A DNA stretch of 62,785 nucleotides, the filler included, from Dicyema japonicum (lineage: Eukaryota; Animalia; Dicyemida), in assembly GCA_011109175.1 (NCBI GenBank). It is 8 parts of 8 records of this genome, joined end to end, with 100 filler letters (N's around TTAATTAATTAA, not from the genome) between each part and the next. Parts side by side here need not be neighbours in the genome. Positions count along the whole stretch, not along the records: positions 55,297 to 58,289 come from RDEW01000210.1; positions 58,390 to 62,785 come from RDEW01000312.1; 6 more parts are not named here. The stretch is one strand, 5' to 3'. Of the stretch, positions 56,831 to 62,785 are shown piece after piece. The translations under genes and the position numbers were made by a program. The notes below the pieces were generated by a model. The model had not been told where the DNA came from. It searched no databases and saw nothing but the letters and a program-made list of their open reading frames with translations. Every line of letters starts with the position of its first letter. The stretch's first letter is position 1.

Positions 56831-58959
56831 AATTTTGACTGACCGGGCTCAGTGATTGAAAAGTGGTTCACTGGAAAGAAACGACAGTCATCTCTTACAG
56901 ATGTGTAGGGATCACTGACTTATTGAGGCTCACAAAATCCTTATTAAACTAATCCTGCTCTCATAAAACCTTTAGATTCCTTAGATTATTAAAAATGACT
57001 CAGTTCGGGGTTACTTAACTAACTAACTTGTTCCAAAATTTCATTTTAGCACCTCATCTTTACTTGAGGATGGATCTCGTGCCATCCCTATCTTTGGTAT
57101 CAAAAAATTCATTTTTCCCTTTTTACCTCATTCTAGGATCACTTAGTATAGAAAATTCTTCAGGACAGGCACACATAAGCTTAGTTTTTTTTTATTATAT
57201 AGAAGTCTCATTTTTGGACAAATATGTGGTTCGTCCCTTACATTTCGCTCTACTTCATCTTCATATTTAACTTCTAACAAAGCAATGAGTCTCTATACCC
57301 TCGTGGAATTCTTCGTTGTCCAAACAAGAGTAAATTTCCTTGATCCCTTAATTTAGCTTTATATACTACTAAACATCGACTTGGTTGCTGTATGAAGCAA
57401 TCATCTTTTCCAAAGTTATTTTTATTACAGCAATAGAATATGCTCATATATTCTATGTTATGAATGTGAATGTGAAGTGACTAATAAAGGGACAATCTTG
57501 ATTCAAATATTGTATCCAACCCTTTGGAAAGAAGATCATACTTTCACAGTTTTTCACTTGGTTCATCAAAGACGAACAAGTCAGTCGTGTTCATGCCAAA
57601 CCTTATTTCGATAGACTCATCCATCTCAACGGACCTCAATAATGAGTTGCTAACTCTCACCCGTTTTAGGCCAAACTTCATGAAAAAGTGAAAGTGTAGG
57701 AATCTTACGACTTCATCACGTCTTGCATAATCTCCTAGCGGTATCTCTTCGCATTTTGTCCCGGATCTCTTTCACTTTTTACAATTTTACACATTCCAGT
57801 TATCTCCGAAGAATAGGGTTCTCTCTCCAACTGGGAAAAACAGTGACCCCGATCTTTGAGAATTGATCCCCTTTAGGATCAAATGAGAGGATTGTGCACA
57901 CTCACAATCTTTTATTCGTATCCTTTATAAAGCTGTCTGGTTTATCCATTCCTTAAACGCATAATAGCTAATTTATTCAACCCACCTGACTAATGAGGAT
58001 CAACAGCTAAAAAATATATCAAATGAGTTCAAAAATAAAATAACAAAAAATCAAGTAGGATGGACCAAGGAAGGCAGTCAAAATGGAAATGCAGTCCCAT
58101 AAAGCTACAATTCTTTAAGACCATGAAAAGATTCCTCCAAAGAGAATCAAAGCGACAGAATTGACATGAACCATAACTACAACCTCCCAATGGAAATAAA
58201 AACTGTAGAAACTGAATTTTCTCCCACATGTCTTACGAATCCACTGAATCAAAATAGATATGACCCCCGTGAAAGTCATCTTCGATATCNNNNNNNNNNN
58301 NNNNNNNNNNNNNNNNNNNNNNNNNNNNNNNNNTTAATTAATTAANNNNNNNNNNNNNNNNNNNNNNNNNNNNNNNNNNNNNNNNNNNNCTATCGCGCCG
58401 CATTTGCATTACGATTTTGTTGACGATTTCTTTACCAAATCTCCTAACCTTTTTAGAAGTAGTAAATTTTTTAGCAATTTTCTGGTAAATTAACTTAAAC
58501 TGGAAATTAATTAGACCCTTTTTTCTCAACCACACTAAGCTAAATCAGTACTCCCATTTTTAAGAAAGTGACATCAGCACTTTAGCAAAATCATACTCTT
58601 ACTTAATAATGTCTATGGTTACTATAGTAACCCACCAAGAGACAGGGAGCATTACAACAAACGATTGCGAGCACAAGGCGTTTACGGCACCACCAATCGT
58701 TCACAGAAATACCCCTGTCTCTTGGAAGTGGTGTGATTTGTTTTTTCTATAGTAATCCTATTATGGATTAGAAATAACCTAACTTGTAAGCCGCTTGTTT
58801 CTTAACAACTTGTCCGCATTCTCCAATTTTTATTGGGAAAGTTGAACAAATGGGAAACTCTATGTCTCAGACTACAACTTTATATGTCGCTAAGACATTT
58901 TAAACCTTGAATTTGGTGTTATCAGCAAAATTTATGTCACCGTGTTGTCAGTCGGTAAT

Positions 58960-59330
58960 AATTGAATCTCACCTTGATATTGTGGAACTCAACAATGGTA
59001 TGTCTTTAATATCTGATAAAATAATTTCGCCTCCTACGACCATGAAGTGTGTTATATTGTAGTTAGTTAAATTCTCTCCCGTGTTACCCATAAGCGTATG
59101 AATACTTAGGGTTCCGCTTGTGTCGTGCCCTTCACTGTCTGTTTTGCCAGTTTTCTCCATGTTACTTTCTCCTCGCACGTCTCTGCAGTTCACAGAGGAA
59201 TCCATGTCTAAAGTCTGTCTAGTGTTCGAAGCGAGTCTTGTGACGTTGAGAGTTGCAATAGTGAACGGGGAGAATAGATAAACTGAGAGTACGATAAAGA
59301 CATCAGAAAGGTGTCAACCAGCAATAACCT
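58960..59330 (-). mobile_element. RTE 5' end fragment
   Basis: A variant 5' hairpin followed by MSLSYSQFIYSPFTIATLNV, similar to MSYSYSLPTSPFTLGSFNC at 53580. Confidence 0.5.
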
Positions 59331-59489
59331 CAAGTTCGTTATGAGGATGTGTTCAAACATCCTCCCATCTCTCCCCCCTTATTGTATCTTCTAGGGGACG
59401 AGATTTGCATACCCAATATAAATTTTTGCTGCTGATCTCTCTTATAAGGACCTGTAACACCGAACGTAGATGTTTTCTATAGTATGTTT

Positions 59490-59950
59490 GTTTTTATTTA
59501 TTTAACCCCAAGACTACCAAGAAAGATAGGTCAAAACTAAAAATTAGGTGATCCCAGCCTCCAACGACATCCGAACTTTTCATCTGGTCTTCTGATGACC
59601 CAACCACATTCCGGAAACGCCTTCACTTCCTTCTGCAAAAGAATTCAATCGGCGTCCACTTTTTTATAACCGACCGAAATTCCTCTGCACAAAAATAAAC
59701 ATTCCATAGAAAACATCTACCTTTTCCTTGAGTGGGTTTCCCAGTTCCTTGCAGAAACGTAGGAAACAGGCCATTCTTTAAAGTCGCCTCCTCTGAAAGC
59801 AGACTGGGGACGGATGTGGAGTCTGGTTATATGTGATCTTCAGTCTGAGAGAATTCACACGCTCCACCCTGGTAGAAGGAATGGCGAATCTCCAGGCAGA
59901 ACAGGCATATTCAATCGTCGGCGCAATAACTTGGAGATAGTATGTTTCAA
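59490..59950 (-). mobile_element. 3' end of a jockey/I/Ingi-like LINE
   Basis: YLQVIAPTIEYACSAW, then the GGGATCACCTAAT stem-loop and a GGGGTTAAATAAATAAAAA tail. Confidence 0.7.
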
Positions 59951-60479
59951 ACTTTTAACACTGTATCAGACTCCGCAATGCTGCTAATCTAATATTTTTG
60001 TTAAAATCAAAAAATGATAACATTCTATCACAATTAAAAAAAATTAAATAAATATCGGTACTTTTGCAATACATGCTTCAAGATTACTTTTTTTTCTTGG
60101 TTTTGTGTGAGTACCTGTAGATACTCCTGTTCGGCTTGAGGTATCACTATGACGAACGTCACTTTCAAGTCAAAAAACATCGTAAATGCGTGGAGCCTTC
60201 AGCCAGAATTGGCAGCATCAAAATTTGAATTTATCTAAAACAGATATTTTATCGAACTCTAATTTTATCCAAAAAATTCATATTATGAAATTAAATTTTA
60301 GACTTTTTAACTGGGAACTTTTCTCAAATCCACTCTTGCTATCAAGTAAGTTTTTTGACTTTCTATGAACTTGAACATCCTATCACGCTGAACAACTACC
60401 GTCAACACAAAAGATATGTGACGCAACAGTTGTGACCAACCCTGTATAAAATAAAGAAAAGAAAGAGGGAAATAAAGGA

Positions 60480-62290
60480 AAATAAACTTGCTGGAATGGC
60501 TAAAGAAGTAGAAAGACTCAAAAACGGAGCGTAGATGTTCAAGGCTATTCACCTACTACATAGAGACACGCAGTCATCAAAAATCACAATAAATGATCAG
60601 TTTGGAAAGACTATGTTAAACAAAAATGAAATTCTATCGGCCATATCCAGCCATTATCAGCAGGCCTTCAATCAAAACCACGGGGAAAAATCAAACAATT
60701 CGATGGTGAAGCATGAGAACTAAATATTCCGATAACGATTCTGGAAACAAAAAAAGCCCTGGACAAACTGAACAACAATAGAGCTGCTGGCCCTGACAAC
60801 ATAAATGCAGAACTTCTCAAATATGCACCGACCGAGCTCTCTGAACTATTAACTGAGATATACAACAAAACATTCAAATACAACTCACCACTGGATGTGG
60901 GTAATGGCACACTAATTGCACTACAAAAACCGGGCAAAGCTAAAGGCCCCTTAACGAATTTAATACCCATCGTACTATTGACGACTCTACGCAAGACACT
61001 ATCACTTATAGTGCTGAACAGGATTGGATCTGACATCGAGAACTTTCTCTCTCACGGTCAAAGCGGATTCAGGTCAGGGAGATCTACAGCTGATGTGGTC
61101 TGGGAATATCGATGGCTTTGTGCAACACATCAAAAGTACAAGGGGGCTATTGGCATCCTTGGCATGGACATGTCCAAAGCCTTTGACTCTATACACAGAG
61201 GGAGACTTTTGGATATCTTGGAGAAGTTGGTTGACGAGGACAGTGTCAGAATGATCCGTCTATTACTTGGAACAACGCAGCTAAGTGTACGTTTTGGAAA
61301 TTTGGAGTCTGTCCCATTCGAGACAACGTTCGGGGTACCGCAGGGAGATTCCTTGTCACCGGTACTTTTTGTGACATATCTGGAGGCGGCACTCAGAGAC
61401 TTCAGACTATTAATTGGCGATCTACCTCAAACTGAAGTGATTTATGCAGATGATATCGACTATATATCCAGCGACGAGAAAACATTAAACTATATACGGA
61501 CAAGGATGCCAGATGTCCTAGAAAAATGGTTCATCAAAATCAATACGGAAAAGACGGAGACAACTACCATACGCCGTGAACTAACCCGAACTGATGAAAA
61601 ATGGAGATACTGTAAAAAATTGGGTCGTTGCTCGGAGACGCTGAGGATATCACTAACAGGAAGATGTTGGCCGTCGCGGCCTTTAGAAAAATGGGAGTAG
61701 TCTGGAATCATCGTAAACAAATTAGCACACAATTACGTGTGAGACTATATAATGCCTTCGTGAAACCAGTCCTAATGTACAACGCTGCAACCTGGGGTGT
61801 CTCAGAAGCGGTAATGGACAAACTAGATGCCTTCCATCGTAAGCAACTCCGACTGTTGCTTGGCATCAACTGGCCAAAAAAATTACAAACAAGAATCTAT
61901 ACAAAGTATGTAATACAAGACCATTGAGTCTGGATATCCTGAATCAAGATGGCGTCTGTTTGGTCACATCCTTCGAATGAGCCAGATGACGCCTGCCAAA
62001 ATAGCAATAGATAAGTATTTCTGCCCAGAAGTGAATACCTCGTTCCGTAAAAGACCTCGAATAACTTTGCCAGAGGTTCTACACAAGGACCTGACCAATG
62101 TAGGAAGAAAGCTGAAAACTGGAGATGATCTGGATACGCTCGGAATAACTGCCTGTAACCGCGGAGCATGGAGGAAGTTGGTCAAGAGAATTGTGGAAAA
62201 AAAATAACCTGAAGAAAAATACGGCACAAGCGGAACCTTAATTAAATAAATTACATTTTTGGTTCTTCGAAAGTGCTATTAATAATAATA
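60480..62290 (+). mobile_element. Best-preserved RTE LINE in the window (RT to 3' end, a few frameshifts)
   Basis: NNRAAGPDNINAELLKY, QSGFRSGRSTAD, DMSKAFDSI, GVPQGDSLSPVLF, IYADDID, RWRLFGHILR, then a GAAAGTGCTATTAATAATAAT tail. Confidence 0.95.
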
Positions 62291-62570
62291 CACCAAAAAA
62301 GAAGTTAAAGTAAACAACTGATTAAGTGTATCCAGTTTTCACTTCTACAGAAAAAGAGTCCATCCGGAATCAGCATAAAAGGAAAAAAACTTCCATTACT
62401 TGCAGTTGTGGAAAACCCTCCAGTGGAGTGGAAAAAAGCAAATGATCCTTTTTCGTGCCGGGCTGGCATTGGGCATCACATAGACAAATGGATCACATGA
62501 AGTCACTCTAATAGGAAGAGAGAGGAGGAACAGACAAACTAACAGAAAACTTCAACCAATGGGCCACGCG
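62290..62570 (-). mobile_element. Second copy of the 20787-21100 SINE-like element
   Basis: Collinear similarity, e.g. AAGAAGTTAAAGTAAACAACT, GAGTCCATCCGGAATCAGCATAAAAGG and GGATCACATGA. Confidence 0.8.
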
Positions 62571-62785
62571 TAAAGTCACTATTAATTTTAATACACATTT
62601 GAAATCAAATCCTTATACTAATCTGGACTTATAGTAGTAAAAGTATTATAGGTCTATGGAGCTTACCTAAAATAAAATCTTAATTTATTTTTAAAAATAT
62701 AATTTTTTATTTATTTTTAAAAAATATAACTCGGAATTTATTTTTAAAAATATAATTTTAGAATAGTTCATTTTAAATAAAAAAA

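Noticed and set aside
57300-58230. Possible transposase or integrase remnant
   Set aside because: No diagnostic motif could be read in any frame.

Overview
AT-rich (by eye roughly one-third GC) eukaryotic draft scaffold; the protein matches point to an animal. No rRNA, intact tRNA or CRISPR array was seen. Most of the window is decayed transposable elements: RTE-clade LINEs, jockey/I/Ingi-like LINEs (some with 2A StopGo motifs), CRE- and R4-like restriction-like-endonuclease (RLE) elements, Tigger/pogo and hAT DNA transposons, and two kinds of SINE. In the middle is a 4-kb island of two host genes on the + strand, only 103 nt apart: NOP56 (21438-23066) and a SEC14L1/real-time-type PRELI-CRAL/TRIO-GOLD gene (23170-25393). 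Hand-splicing against recalled vertebrate proteins gives 16 micro-introns of 21-31 nt, a size range known from reduced parasitic animals such as dicyemids and myxozoans (the taxon is an inference). The best candidate for a new system is in this island. Four of 16 introns are non-canonical (two GC-AG that share an internal motif, one GT-GG, one GT-TG). Fifteen of 16 have a TNA branch-like A 6-9 nt from the 3' end, and an in-frame TAG replaces a conserved Trp. This suggests distance-defined, AG-optional micro-intron splicing plus stop-codon rescue by A-to-I editing or readthrough; a young pseudogenised duplicate or consensus errors are the main alternatives. The transposons also show covarying terminal RNA hairpins. 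All alignments were done by eye from memory and transposon boundaries are approximate.
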